DNA from: Planctomycetota bacterium
GTDB taxonomy: Bacteria > Planctomycetota > JAJSAM01 > JAJVHW01
NCBI GenBank assembly: GCA_965248445.1
Contig: CBDFJG010000003.1
Coordinates: 544,001 to 608,000 of the forward strand
Direction: 5' to 3'
DNA length: 64,000 nucleotides
The notes below the pieces were generated by a model that saw only the letters and a program-made list of their open reading frames with translations, was not told where the DNA came from and searched no databases. How positions within the stretch are numbered: position 1 is the first letter of the stretch; each line of letters begins with the position of its first letter. Shown piece after piece: positions 55,620 through 64,000 of this stretch. A program made the translations under genes and the position numbers.

Positions 55620-57695
55620 TTAGAGGATCGTCAGAAGCTCGTTGAGCGAGGGGATCTGACCAATTGCGCGGAAGTTGATGTCGCGAGCGACGCGCGCCAG
55701 AACGGGCACGTCACGGCGATCGCTGATCTGTCCGAGGGCCACCGTCGCCAGGGCGCGGGTGATCTCGGGGAACTTCTTGTCGGCGTCCGCGGAGATGCGG
55801 AGCAGAGGGTCGATCGCGCGCTCGTCGCCGATCTGACCGAGTGCCAGCGCGACGGAACCCAGCACGTACTGGGACTCCTCGCCGGACTCGAGGATCTTGA
55901 CGAGTTCGTCGATGACCGTGGCATCGCCCATGAGGCCGGCCGCGATGGCCGTCCGCACGCGCACGTTGCGGTCGTTGTCGGTGGTGAGCGCCGTGCGGAC
56001 TGCTTCCTTGGCGTTCTGGTCACCGATCATGCCGAGAGCGACAGCGCTGTAGCCCTTGAGCTTGCTGTCGTTGCTCTCCTCGAGCACCTCCGTGAGAGTC
56101 GGCACTGCGAGCTTGTCGCGCACGAGTCCCGACGCGATGGCGTAGGCGCCGCGCGGACGCGGGGCGCCGCCTGCCTCGAACTTCTCGCGCAGGGGCTTCT
56201 TGATGGTCTCTTCAGGCGGGTTGGCCATCGAGCGGCCGATGAGGCCCATGCCGAGAGCGGCGAAGGGCTGCATCAGCGATGCCGGCTTGCCTTCCTTGAG
56301 GTAGTAGCGCAGGGCGCCGACTGCCTCCCCACGCGTCTTGTCGTCGATACCCTCGGTGGCAGCGATACGACCGATCGCGATGAGTGCGAGGTTGCGCTCG
56401 GAAGCGTCCTTGCCGTCCTTCGCGATGGCCTTGAGGTTCTTGATGATCTTGATCTGCTTGCCGCCGTCGCACTGCGGAGCCAGCTGGCCCATCGCGATGG
56501 ACGAAGAGCGGCGCAGGTTGACGTCGTTCTTCTTCGCCTTCTTGCCGACGACGTACGACTCGATCTTGTTGATCACGGCGTACTTGTCCTCGGCGGTGCC
56601 GGGCGCGCCGATCTTGCCGAGCGCCTGGATCACGAAGGACTTCTCGATGCCCTTGAGCTCGACGGCGCCCTTGCGGTTCACCTTGCCGTTCTCGAGCATC
56701 GCGAGGAGGTCGGGGACCATCGACTCGTTGCCGATCATGCCGAGTGCCATGAGGCAGGCCGGCTTGATGTCAGGCTTGGTTTCCTTCTGCGCGAGCACGT
56801 CGATGAGCGTCTCGCTGACGCGGTCATCGGTCGTGGCGCTGGCGGTCTCGGCGTTGTGGCTGCCGAGCAGACCCAGCGAGATCGCGGCGAACGGACGCAC
56901 GTACGACGCGTTCCGATCCTTGTCCCCGACCAGCTCGATCAGGAAGTTGCGGACCTCCTCGGAGTCGTGCTGCAGGAGACCGAACGCCAGGGCGGCGCTC
57001 TCCTCGACGACGCGGTGGTAGTCCTTCTTCTCGTTCAGGGCCATCTTCTTGAGCGTCGGGATGACGGTCTCGTCGCCCATCTTGGCGAGTGCGATCGCAG
57101 ACGCCGACTGGATGTCGAAGTTGAGGTCCTTCATCTCCAGCATCGCCTTCAGGGCCGGCTTGATCTTCTCGTTGATCGCGGCCTCGGTGGCGGACTTGAC
57201 GTTCGACTCCGACTTGCGCCGGCCGAACACGTGCACCGTCGTACCCGACTGCACGCCCGTCTGGGTGCGCTTGACCTCGGACTTCAGCTGAAGGATCTCG
57301 TCCTTGTTGAAGTTCCACCAGAAGGTCCAGTCCTCGAACCCGGGGGCCGCAGCGGCACCGCCGCCACCCACGCCACCCGTGATCGGACCGCCGGCTCCAC
57401 CGCCGGTCGGAGGCGGCGCTCCGCCACCACCGCCCGTCGCGGGGCCACCGCCGCCGCCGGTCGTGGGACCGCCGCCGCCGCCGCCGGTCGTGGGACCGCC
57501 GACGTCGCCGCCGCCGGTGGTGGGTCCGCCGCCGCCTTCGGGCGGGGGAGGAGGATCAGACGGCTCACGGCTGTCCGGGGGCACTTCGCCGGCCGGACCG
57601 CGGTAAGCACCGCCGTGGGCGTACGCATCGCTGATCAGGCCGTCGGTGGCCATGAACAGCGCCGCGCTCGCCAGGGTCATGATGACTAGACGCAT
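55620..57695 (-). CDS. Secreted HEAT/PBS-lyase-repeat protein with a Gly/Pro/Thr low-complexity N-terminal linker
   Basis: Signal peptide AYA-HGG, GPTTGGG repeats, WTFWWNFNK, many A(I/L)ALG.IGD repeats; strong codon bias. Confidence 0.88.
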   Translation of the reverse strand: MRLVIMTLASAALFMATDGLISDAYAHGGAYRGPAGEVPPDSREPSDPPPPPEGGGGPTTGGGDVGGPTTGGGGGGPTTGGGGGPATGGGGGAPPPTGGGAGGPITGGVGGGGAAAAPGFEDWTFWWNFNKDEILQLKSEVKRTQTGVQSGTTVHVFGRRKSESNVKSATEAAINEKIKPALKAMLEMKDLNFDIQSASAIALAKMGDETVIPTLKKMALNEKKDYHRVVEESAALAFGLLQHDSEEVRNFLIELVGDKDRNASYVRPFAAISLGLLGSHNAETASATTDDRVSETLIDVLAQKETKPDIKPACLMALGMIGNESMVPDLLAMLENGKVNRKGAVELKGIEKSFVIQALGKIGAPGTAEDKYAVINKIESYVVGKKAKKNDVNLRRSSSIAMGQLAPQCDGGKQIKIIKNLKAIAKDGKDASERNLALIAIGRIAATEGIDDKTRGEAVGALRYYLKEGKPASLMQPFAALGMGLIGRSMANPPEETIKKPLREKFEAGGAPRPRGAYAIASGLVRDKLAVPTLTEVLEESNDSKLKGYSAVALGMIGDQNAKEAVRTALTTDNDRNVRVRTAIAAGLMGDATVIDELVKILESGEESQYVLGSVALALGQIGDERAIDPLLRISADADKKFPEITRALATVALGQISDRRDVPVLARVARDINFRAIGQIPSLNELLTIL

Positions 57696-57763
57696 CGGTT
57701 CGCTCTCCTTCTGTCCCGGGGATGCGCCCCAGGAGGTCTGCTACGGGTTCCCGAGCTGGACTA

Positions 57764-57792
57764 TGACCGTGCCGAAGTGACCGTGCCGAAGT
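57764..57792. repeat. Perfect 14-bp tandem repeat (TGACCGTGCCGAAG)x2 in the HEAT gene leader
   Basis: Read directly from the sequence. Confidence 0.85.
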
Positions 57793-57811
57793 CCGCTCGA
57801 CGGTACTTGTC

Positions 57812-57826
57812 GCAAGCGAGATGCCA
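57812..57826 (-). promoter_or_regulatory. Candidate sigma-54 promoter of the HEAT-repeat gene
   Basis: Minus-strand TGGCATCTCGCTTGC, near-consensus -24/-12. Confidence 0.7.
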
Positions 57827-58007
57827 CGGCGACGATCCCGTCTCGTCTCGGGGCTCCACACCCAAGTACCTGGATGGTAAGGGGTTAAGCAGTGGGCCAG
57901 CGGTCCCGACCGGTGGACGAGTCGGTGACGGCAGCCGTTCTGGTGTTACCGCACGGGAACGTGCCGGCCTGCGACCACCCGGTCCGCGCACCCGAGCGCC
58001 CCTCGAC

Positions 58008-60251
58008 CTAGAGGTCGCCGCGTTGGTCCTCGAGGTGGACCAGGGCGAAGTGGACGGCGTTCTTCGCACAGCGGCCGCAGTAGCGTCGTCCCTCCGGCCG
58101 GCTCTCTGCGGTCAGGTTCGCCATGGCCCGGTCTGCGAGGACCCGATCGGCGTCCGGCAGGTCGTCGAACGTAGGCGAACCGTGGAGCAGGAGGTGGCGC
58201 TGCGCGCGGGTCACGACCTCACGGCGCTCATCGAAGAAGCTCTGGCGCAGGAGGCGCAGGAGGTCGGGGAACAGCTTCCGGAAGTCCGGAGGCTGCTCAT
58301 CTGGATGGTCCACGGCGTACGCGCCGATCCGTGTGACCAGGTCCGCCCGGTAGTCCGCGACGGCTTCCTGCACCGGGAGGAGCTTCTCGACGGACTCGAG
58401 AAGCGTCGGATCCGGCGGTCCCAGTTCGCCGGTGTTCGGGTCGCGTACGGGGCCGCCCTTCACGATGGCGACGAGATTGACGAAGTAGCGGTCGAAGCGC
58501 CGGTCGTACTCGTTCTCGTGGACCAGTTCGAGGGCGTCCTCGACGTCGCTCAGTATCCAGTTGGCGAGCTGCCGCGTCGCGTCACCGAGGAGCGCCTCGG
58601 CATCGTGATACGGCCCTTCCGCCTCGACCTGCAGGAAGCGGTATCGAGACGGATCCGCGATCGCCTCGCGCGCCTCGTCGACCAGCGCCGAGGGGGTCAG
58701 GCACTCCAAGTTGCGAACGGCGGCACTCGAGAGGATTGACCGGATCTCGCGCACGCTGGCGCCGACGCGGCCCTCGTAGCAGAGGTTGTTCTCGAATTCG
58801 TCCCGGAGTACGGGGACCAGCCGGCGCAGCTCGCGGGCCTCGTCCGCGCTGAGACGGTCCGGCGTGCGGCCGTCCGCGTACAACCACGCCTTCTCGAGCG
58901 GCGTGAGGTCGGACACGATCGTCCGGACCTCGGTCTCGTAGGCCTCCTTGCGGGGCGCCTGCACACGCGTCAGCACGGCGAAGATCGCGCAGAAGTCCGC
59001 TATGTGGGGCGCCACGTGACGGCTGCGCGCGAGCTCCTTGCACACGGCGCGGTAGATCTGCACCTCCTGCCGCATGTTGCGCAGGTAAGGGATCCGCACG
59101 AACGTCATGCGCGCCTGGAACGAAGGGAACTCGGGCATCTGCTTGAAGGCGTCGAGGTGCCTCTCGTTGACCGTCGCGGCGAATGCGATATCGACGTCGA
59201 ACAGTCGGTTTCCGACCGTGACGAAGCCCTTCTCTGTCGTTTGAAGCAGGTACTTCGAGAGTTCGAGATTGCGCTTGAGGAAGTCACTGAATTCCAGCAG
59301 CCCGCGATTGGCGTCCGCCAGATCGCCGAGCACTTCGAAGAGCGGAATCGAGCGGAGGTGGGGGGGCAACCCGGCGGCCGCGGCATCGGTGGATACGATC
59401 CGCAGTTGCGCGTCCGCCGTGCCCTGCGGTTGTGTCACCACCGCCCCGATGCGGTAACGGCGGGAGATGTAGACGCGCTCGACCTGCACGTGCTGGACGA
59501 GCCTGCGCCAGTCCCCCCGATAGGCCGCAAGCAGTGCCTCGTAGACGTTCTTGCAGCGCGGGCAGAGGTTGCCGCCGAGGAAGTGACGGAACGACGCGGA
59601 GCGGTGCTCCGGCGATTGTCCCAGCGCGGCCTCCAGTAGCGCCGGCCGCTCCGAGTCCGGAACCACGAACAGGGGGTTGCAGCGCAATTCACAGACGATT
59701 CGAGCGGCGACGTCGTCGGCTTCGAGCAGTGCGTACGACTCGCCGTCGTCCGGGCGCGCACCGCCGCCGAAACCGAGCGTGGAACCCTCGGCAGGCGTCC
59801 GCGGGAACATCCAGCGCAGCGAGTACGCGGCGCCGGCGTCCGAGTGGCTGTAGACCTCGAGGCCCCACAGCAGCAACTCGATCAAGCTCGACTTGCCCGA
59901 CCCGTTCGGACCGTGCAGGACGATCATCCGGTTCATACGGCCCTGGCGTGCCGCAGCGCTGATCGCGTTCACGATCTGCGCCTGTGCAGCCTCGTGTCCG
60001 ACGAGCCCGGCCGGATCGTCGGCCTGTCCGTCGAACACGCGGTAACGCGTGGCGGTGCCACCGATGGTCTCGACCTCGCGGGTCCCGAACGACGTGACGG
60101 CATCGCTGAGGTACTGCGCGGCATTGCGGGCGAGCGGGTAGGGGTTCTCCGCAAACGCGTCCAGCAGTTCGTCGAAGGTGAGCAGCCGGCGGCCCTCGTC
60201 GTACCGGCGAGCGACGTTCTCGGCGACGCGTTCGAAGGAGGAGGAACTCAT
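58008..60251 (-). CDS. prkA: PrkA/YeaG-family AAA+ serine kinase-like protein
   Basis: LHGPNGSGKSSL, GDLADANRGLLEFSD, RIPYL, HVAPH and EGRVGASVRE. Confidence 0.85.
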   Translation of the reverse strand: MSSSSFERVAENVARRYDEGRRLLTFDELLDAFAENPYPLARNAAQYLSDAVTSFGTREVETIGGTATRYRVFDGQADDPAGLVGHEAAQAQIVNAISAAARQGRMNRMIVLHGPNGSGKSSLIELLLWGLEVYSHSDAGAAYSLRWMFPRTPAEGSTLGFGGGARPDDGESYALLEADDVAARIVCELRCNPLFVVPDSERPALLEAALGQSPEHRSASFRHFLGGNLCPRCKNVYEALLAAYRGDWRRLVQHVQVERVYISRRYRIGAVVTQPQGTADAQLRIVSTDAAAAGLPPHLRSIPLFEVLGDLADANRGLLEFSDFLKRNLELSKYLLQTTEKGFVTVGNRLFDVDIAFAATVNERHLDAFKQMPEFPSFQARMTFVRIPYLRNMRQEVQIYRAVCKELARSRHVAPHIADFCAIFAVLTRVQAPRKEAYETEVRTIVSDLTPLEKAWLYADGRTPDRLSADEARELRRLVPVLRDEFENNLCYEGRVGASVREIRSILSSAAVRNLECLTPSALVDEAREAIADPSRYRFLQVEAEGPYHDAEALLGDATRQLANWILSDVEDALELVHENEYDRRFDRYFVNLVAIVKGGPVRDPNTGELGPPDPTLLESVEKLLPVQEAVADYRADLVTRIGAYAVDHPDEQPPDFRKLFPDLLRLLRQSFFDERREVVTRAQRHLLLHGSPTFDDLPDADRVLADRAMANLTAESRPEGRRYCGRCAKNAVHFALVHLEDQRGDL

Positions 60252-60381
60252 GAGCCCATGCTACCTGGGCGCGGTGCCGCGGCCCCCGCTGGTCGGCGAA
60301 CCGATCCCGAGGCTGGCACAGGCTCGGCCGGGACTTCAGCCGGGCACCGTGTCCTCCCGATGGGGAACCGAGGGAGAACCC

Positions 60382-61488
60382 ATGTCCGACACCATGACTC
60401 ACCGCGCCCCGGCCACCTGGCCCACGACTCTCGCGCCGTACTGGATCGACGATGCCGAGTTGCTCGCGAGCGACGACCGCAGCGACGAGCGCGCCGGCCG
60501 CGATTCGCTCGGCAACGTCGGTCGCGTTCACAGCCGTTCGGAGAGCGGATCGCTGGGTGTGAAGTGGACGCGGTCGCGGATTGTCCGACACCTGGAGGAG
60601 ACCGGTCTCGCAACGCTGCGCGACGTGCAGGGCGAGAGCGAGATGCACCGCGCTGCCCAGCAGTTCACGTCGGTGGACATCGACCCGTTCCTGCTCGAGC
60701 GCAGCGTGCGGGTCATCGTCAAGGGACGGGACTTCCCCGGTCAGCAGCGCGCGGTGCTCGAGGCGAAGGTCGAGAAGCTGCGGCGCGAGCTCTCCGATCC
60801 GACCACGGCGTCCGACCGCAAAGAAGCCGCGCGAGCGATGCTCGACGCGATGCACGACGGCCTGAAGAGCACGGTCGACCTGCTCGCCGTCGAACGTCGT
60901 TTCCGTCCGGAGATCCGGGTCGATCGCGCGGTCGACTCGATGGGTTCGGTCATCGAGATCGAGCGCGGAATGCGCATCGTCTACGACGTGCGCTCGTCGG
61001 ACCCGAACGAGGTTCTCGACGACGAGGCCGAGCCGATGGTGTTCCACGTCGTCGGTCTGGGCGTCAATGAGGTCGTGGTGCTGTTCACGGGCGGTGTCCA
61101 CGGGCTGCGCCACATCACCGACCTGAACGACAGCTCCGAGCATGCGGCCTGGTTCGCGAACCGCGAGCGCTCTCGCACGACGGCGACCGCGCCGTGGATC
61201 TCCCGCCGGACCTACCGGGAGCTCGTGGAGGACGGCGAGACGCGGCTCCTGTTGCACCCCCGTCGCGATCCGGAGCCGGTCCCGATCAAAAAGATCGGCG
61301 AGGCCACCGTGCGGTTGCCGGTGGCCGGAGTCTCTCGAGAGGTCCCCGTGATCCTCTGTGAGTCGGATCGCGATGACGAGCTCACCGTGCTCGCCGATCC
61401 GGAGTGCCCGCTGGTCCTGCGCCTGCACGAGAAGGGCTCGGAACTGTTGCGGACGGTTGAAGCGATCCTGGCCCCGATCGCAGAGTAG
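60382..61488 (+). CDS. Hypothetical protein
   Basis: 368-aa ORF with GC3 bias and a GGGAGA SD; no family recognised. Confidence 0.75.
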   Translation: MSDTMTHRAPATWPTTLAPYWIDDAELLASDDRSDERAGRDSLGNVGRVHSRSESGSLGVKWTRSRIVRHLEETGLATLRDVQGESEMHRAAQQFTSVDIDPFLLERSVRVIVKGRDFPGQQRAVLEAKVEKLRRELSDPTTASDRKEAARAMLDAMHDGLKSTVDLLAVERRFRPEIRVDRAVDSMGSVIEIERGMRIVYDVRSSDPNEVLDDEAEPMVFHVVGLGVNEVVVLFTGGVHGLRHITDLNDSSEHAAWFANRERSRTTATAPWISRRTYRELVEDGETRLLLHPRRDPEPVPIKKIGEATVRLPVAGVSREVPVILCESDRDDELTVLADPECPLVLRLHEKGSELLRTVEAILAPIAE

Positions 61489-61497
61489 CCCGTGCGC

Positions 61498-61626
61498 GCG
61501 TCACTCGATTCGCTTCGCGAATCTCGCGCCGCGCTTCGGGCTAGTGTCTCTCTCCTACGCGGTCTCCGACCGCTACCTAGGTGACTCGCTGCGGGGCGTC
61601 ACTCGGTTCGCTACGCGAACCTCACG
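61498..61626. repeat. Two 31-bp REP-like palindromic direct repeats
   Basis: 61498-61528 and 61596-61626 match at 27/31 positions; stems GATTCGC-ttc-GCGAATC and GGTTCGC-tac-GCGAACC. Confidence 0.8.
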
Positions 61627-61708
61627 CAGCTCCTCGCTCGCGTGCTGACGCGCGCCGATGTTCTGGTCGCCTCGGGCGTGCGCCGTGACGGCGAGCGAGG
61701 TATCCCGC

Positions 61709-61737
61709 GGCTGAAGCCGTTGCTTCCGGCTTCAGCC
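61709..61737. terminator. Hairpin between convergent genes (terminator or REP-like)
   Basis: 11-bp perfect stem GGCTGAAGCCG/CGGCTTCAGCC; no U-tract. Confidence 0.45.
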
Positions 61738-61874
61738 CCCTCCTCCGCCGGCATGCGGAGTCGGGTCGCGGGCGTTCGGTCGGGCTGCGGGAGGGGCCGT
61801 CTTGGTGCCGTCGATCAGATCGGCTTCGCGACCCGTTGACGGCTACCGCATCCTTGCCGCGCGCGCTCCCTCCC

Positions 61875-62606
61875 TCACTGCCCGGCGTCGTCGTGCCTTC
61901 CGGCGAATGCGACGTAGCGGATGAACGTGATGTCCTGCACGTCCTCGATCGCATCGCCGCGGTCGTCCGTCTCGACCGGGGGTTGGATCACCAGCGTGAT
62001 CCGCGCGGCGTACGGAAGACCCTTCTTCTCCTTGGCGTCCCAGTCCATCACGCCCAGGGCCTCGTCGCCCTCGGGATCGCCCGGGTCCTCTTCGAAGAAG
62101 TCGATCCGGAACTCCACGACGCGATCGGCCAGCTTGTAGAACTTGCCGCCCTCGAAGGGCTCGTCGTCGACGCCGAAGTCTTCGCGACGGTACAGCGCGA
62201 ACAGTCCGTCGTAGCGCTCACTCCGTCGCATGCGATATCCGACCTCGCAGACGGCTGACGTGAGGTAGTCGTTGTCGATCTCGACGCGGCTTCGCGAGGT
62301 AACGACCGTCGCGAAGTCGAGTTCGGTCGTGTCGGTCCCGCCCACCGACTCCTCGACGGCCTCGAACGAGTCGGACTCCTTGAACGAGTGCGTCAGCGCG
62401 TGCGCAAGATCCGCAGCGACGATGTCGAGCACCGGCGGTCCGACCTCGAACGTGCGGACCTGGCGCTCGAGACGGTCGCGGAACGTCGCCGTGGACCAGA
62501 CCAGGCCGAACAGCGCGCCCAGGAACATGAGCAACAGCGTCGACGCGAGGAGGACCTCGAGCACCGTCAGGCCACGCTCGCTGTCGCGGCGGAACGGGCG
62601 CGTCAT
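61875..62606 (-). CDS. gspJ: Type II secretion minor pseudopilin GspJ-like
   Basis: Prepilin motif RG-LTVLEVLL, then DL..A, EVGYR and LYRRE. Confidence 0.8.
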   Translation of the reverse strand: MTRPFRRDSERGLTVLEVLLASTLLLMFLGALFGLVWSTATFRDRLERQVRTFEVGPPVLDIVAADLAHALTHSFKESDSFEAVEESVGGTDTTELDFATVVTSRSRVEIDNDYLTSAVCEVGYRMRRSERYDGLFALYRREDFGVDDEPFEGGKFYKLADRVVEFRIDFFEEDPGDPEGDEALGVMDWDAKEKKGLPYAARITLVIQPPVETDDRGDAIEDVQDITFIRYVAFAGRHDDAGQ

Positions 62607-62613
62607 GGCGCTC

Positions 62614-63189
62614 CTAGTTGCCCTCGCCACCGGTGCCTCCTCCGGGACCACCGGGCGTGGGAACGGCTGCGTGATCGACCAGCGGTAGGAACGTGACGAT
62701 GGTGACCGAGTCGCTCTCGCCGTCGATCTCCGGAGAGTGGACGGTCAGCGTGAGCTCGCGCAGGTACTGCGTTTCGCCGCGCTGCTGCGCTGCGCCGGGT
62801 GTCGTGTCCTCGGCCTCCTCCTCCGCATCCTCGTCCGGCTGTCCGAACAGGTACTCGGCCCGTTCATCCGTCGTCTCGCCGAAGACGACGACGTCGCGGA
62901 TGTCCAGCTCCCACTCCCAGTCCTCCCAGCGGTCGTCGTCGAGGTCGTCGAACGATGTGCGGTCGAAGATGTCGTCGTACTCGCGCTCGAACACAGTGAC
63001 GCGTCCGAGCCGCTCCTCCGCGAGCACGCGGAGTTCCCGGGCGCGAACCGCGCCGAGCGCGCGCGATGTGGCGCGGTCGAGATCGACCAGCACCGCGGTC
63101 GCCATGAGTCCGAAGATCACGAAGGCCACGAGCAGCTCGAGCAGCGTGAACCCGGCAGCGGAGCGGTGGGAGGTGCCGATGGTGCGCAT
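62614..63189 (-). CDS. gspI: Type II secretion minor pseudopilin GspI-like
   Basis: Prepilin motif AG-FTLLELLVA; LRELTLTV; position between gspH and gspJ. Confidence 0.78.
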   Translation of the reverse strand: MRTIGTSHRSAAGFTLLELLVAFVIFGLMATAVLVDLDRATSRALGAVRARELRVLAEERLGRVTVFEREYDDIFDRTSFDDLDDDRWEDWEWELDIRDVVVFGETTDERAEYLFGQPDEDAEEEAEDTTPGAAQQRGETQYLRELTLTVHSPEIDGESDSVTIVTFLPLVDHAAVPTPGGPGGGTGGEGN

Positions 63190-63752
63190 CAGAAGTCGTG
63201 CTCTTCCCGGATCTCCTCCGCTTCGACGTGCCCCCGGTGGTACGAGACTGTGCCCGTCAGTCCGCTGACCTCGACGGACAGTCCGTCGTCCTTGGGGAGA
63301 TCTTCGTGCAGCAAGTACGCCACGAATCCCGACGGGAACATCTCGCCTTTCGCGCTGATCGTGATGGTGATGAGATCGTCCAGTTCGGCCGACCGCCCGA
63401 ATGCGATTTCATCGAGCGCGACACCGTGACGCAACTCGAACCACGGTCCGTAAAACGTGAGTTCCTCGCGGTCATCCTCGTCGGAAACCTCGTTCCGTCC
63501 GGGGCGATCGATGTCGCGCCAGCGCTGATTCTCGACGTCGATCTCCAGCGTCATCTCGCGCCCCTGGACGATTGCGATGTCGCGCAGGAAGAGGACGCGA
63601 TTTCCCAGGTCGCGACCGGCCTGCGACAGGGACGACCGCGAAGTGATGCCATCCAGGTTGGAGACCACGAGCGCGGACATGAGACCGATCACGAAGATCA
63701 CCACCATCATCTCGATGAAGGTGAACCCGTGTTCGCGTCTGGTGTCGCGCAT
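63189..63752 (-). CDS. gspH: Type II secretion minor pseudopilin GspH-like
   Basis: Prepilin motif HG-FTFIEMMVVI; C-terminal VEVSGLTGTV. Confidence 0.8.
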   Translation of the reverse strand: MRDTRREHGFTFIEMMVVIFVIGLMSALVVSNLDGITSRSSLSQAGRDLGNRVLFLRDIAIVQGREMTLEIDVENQRWRDIDRPGRNEVSDEDDREELTFYGPWFELRHGVALDEIAFGRSAELDDLITITISAKGEMFPSGFVAYLLHEDLPKDDGLSVEVSGLTGTVSYHRGHVEAEEIREEHDF

Positions 63753-63768
63753 GATGTTCCGTCCGCCG

Positions 63769-63999
63769 CTACTCGTCGATGCCCTCTTGCCGATGGGCTG
63801 CGGCGCGGTCGATGTCCGCGTCCTCGTCTTCCCCGCCCTCCACGGCGTCAGCGCCGAGCGAGATCAGGATGAAGTCACTCCTGCCCTGAGGTTCGTACAT
63901 GAACTCGTTACCCCATGCGTCCCTGGGCACCTCGTCCGAGTCGAGGAAGCCGTCTTCGCCGACCAGATCCTCGAGCGAATCCGGCAGCCGCCTCTTCTC
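63769..63999 (-). CDS. gspG: Type II secretion major pseudopilin GspG, C-terminal part (5'-truncated; absent from the ORF track)
   Basis: Manual translation: LPDSLEDLV...VPRDAWGNEFMY...LISLGADAVEGGEDEDADI. Confidence 0.9.
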   Translation of the reverse strand, partial: EKRRLPDSLEDLVGEDGFLDSDEVPRDAWGNEFMYEPQGRSDFILISLGADAVEGGEDEDADIDRAAAHRQEGIDE

Positions 64000-64000
64000 C

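Noticed and set aside
57350..57550. DNA repeat element
   Set aside because: It is the coding GPTTGGG low-complexity linker of the HEAT protein.
54834..57689. 951-aa plus-strand ORF
   Set aside because: Antisense shadow of the HEAT and cvpA genes, produced by high GC3 bias; no motifs.
1..64000. tRNA, rRNA or riboswitch
   Set aside because: No cloverleaf, T-loop context or known riboswitch consensus was recognised by eye; an Infernal/tRNAscan run would be needed to exclude them.

Overview
High-GC bacterial chromosome segment; the gene families suggest Planctomycetota, but this is inference only. From left to right: (1) 1-10.7 kb, a surface-polysaccharide/glycosylation locus of the exosortase-A-associated type (wecB, O-glycosylation ligase, a 1199-aa secreted glycan-lyase-like protein, PilZ protein, priming sugar transferase, polysaccharide deacetylase, YfhO/GT-C) with sigma-54-type promoters. 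(2) 10.7-19.5 kb, mixed accessory genes, mostly secreted or repeat proteins. (3) 19.5-24.9 kb, a small island with a TIR-like gene split by an IS3-family element, divergent from a TPR-S/patatin/transmembrane gene. This pair is the best candidate for an undescribed defence or conflict system. (4) 24.9-31.8 kb, a five-gene sigma-54/c-di-GMP signalling cluster rich in degenerate domains. (5) 31.9-37 kb, GlcD-like oxidase, GT2 and a GNAT-deacetylase fusion. (6) 37-58 kb, core genes (tgt, spoIID, ruvB, menG/ubiX/ubiA, holA, mutL, miaA, nadD, cvpA) plus tandem LolA-like paralogs and a secreted HEAT-repeat protein. (7) 58-64 kb, an orphan PrkA AAA protein, a hypothetical gene and T2SS pseudopilins GspG/H/I/J. 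No rRNA, tRNA, cas genes or prophage were seen. All product calls come from motif recognition by eye; no database searches were run.
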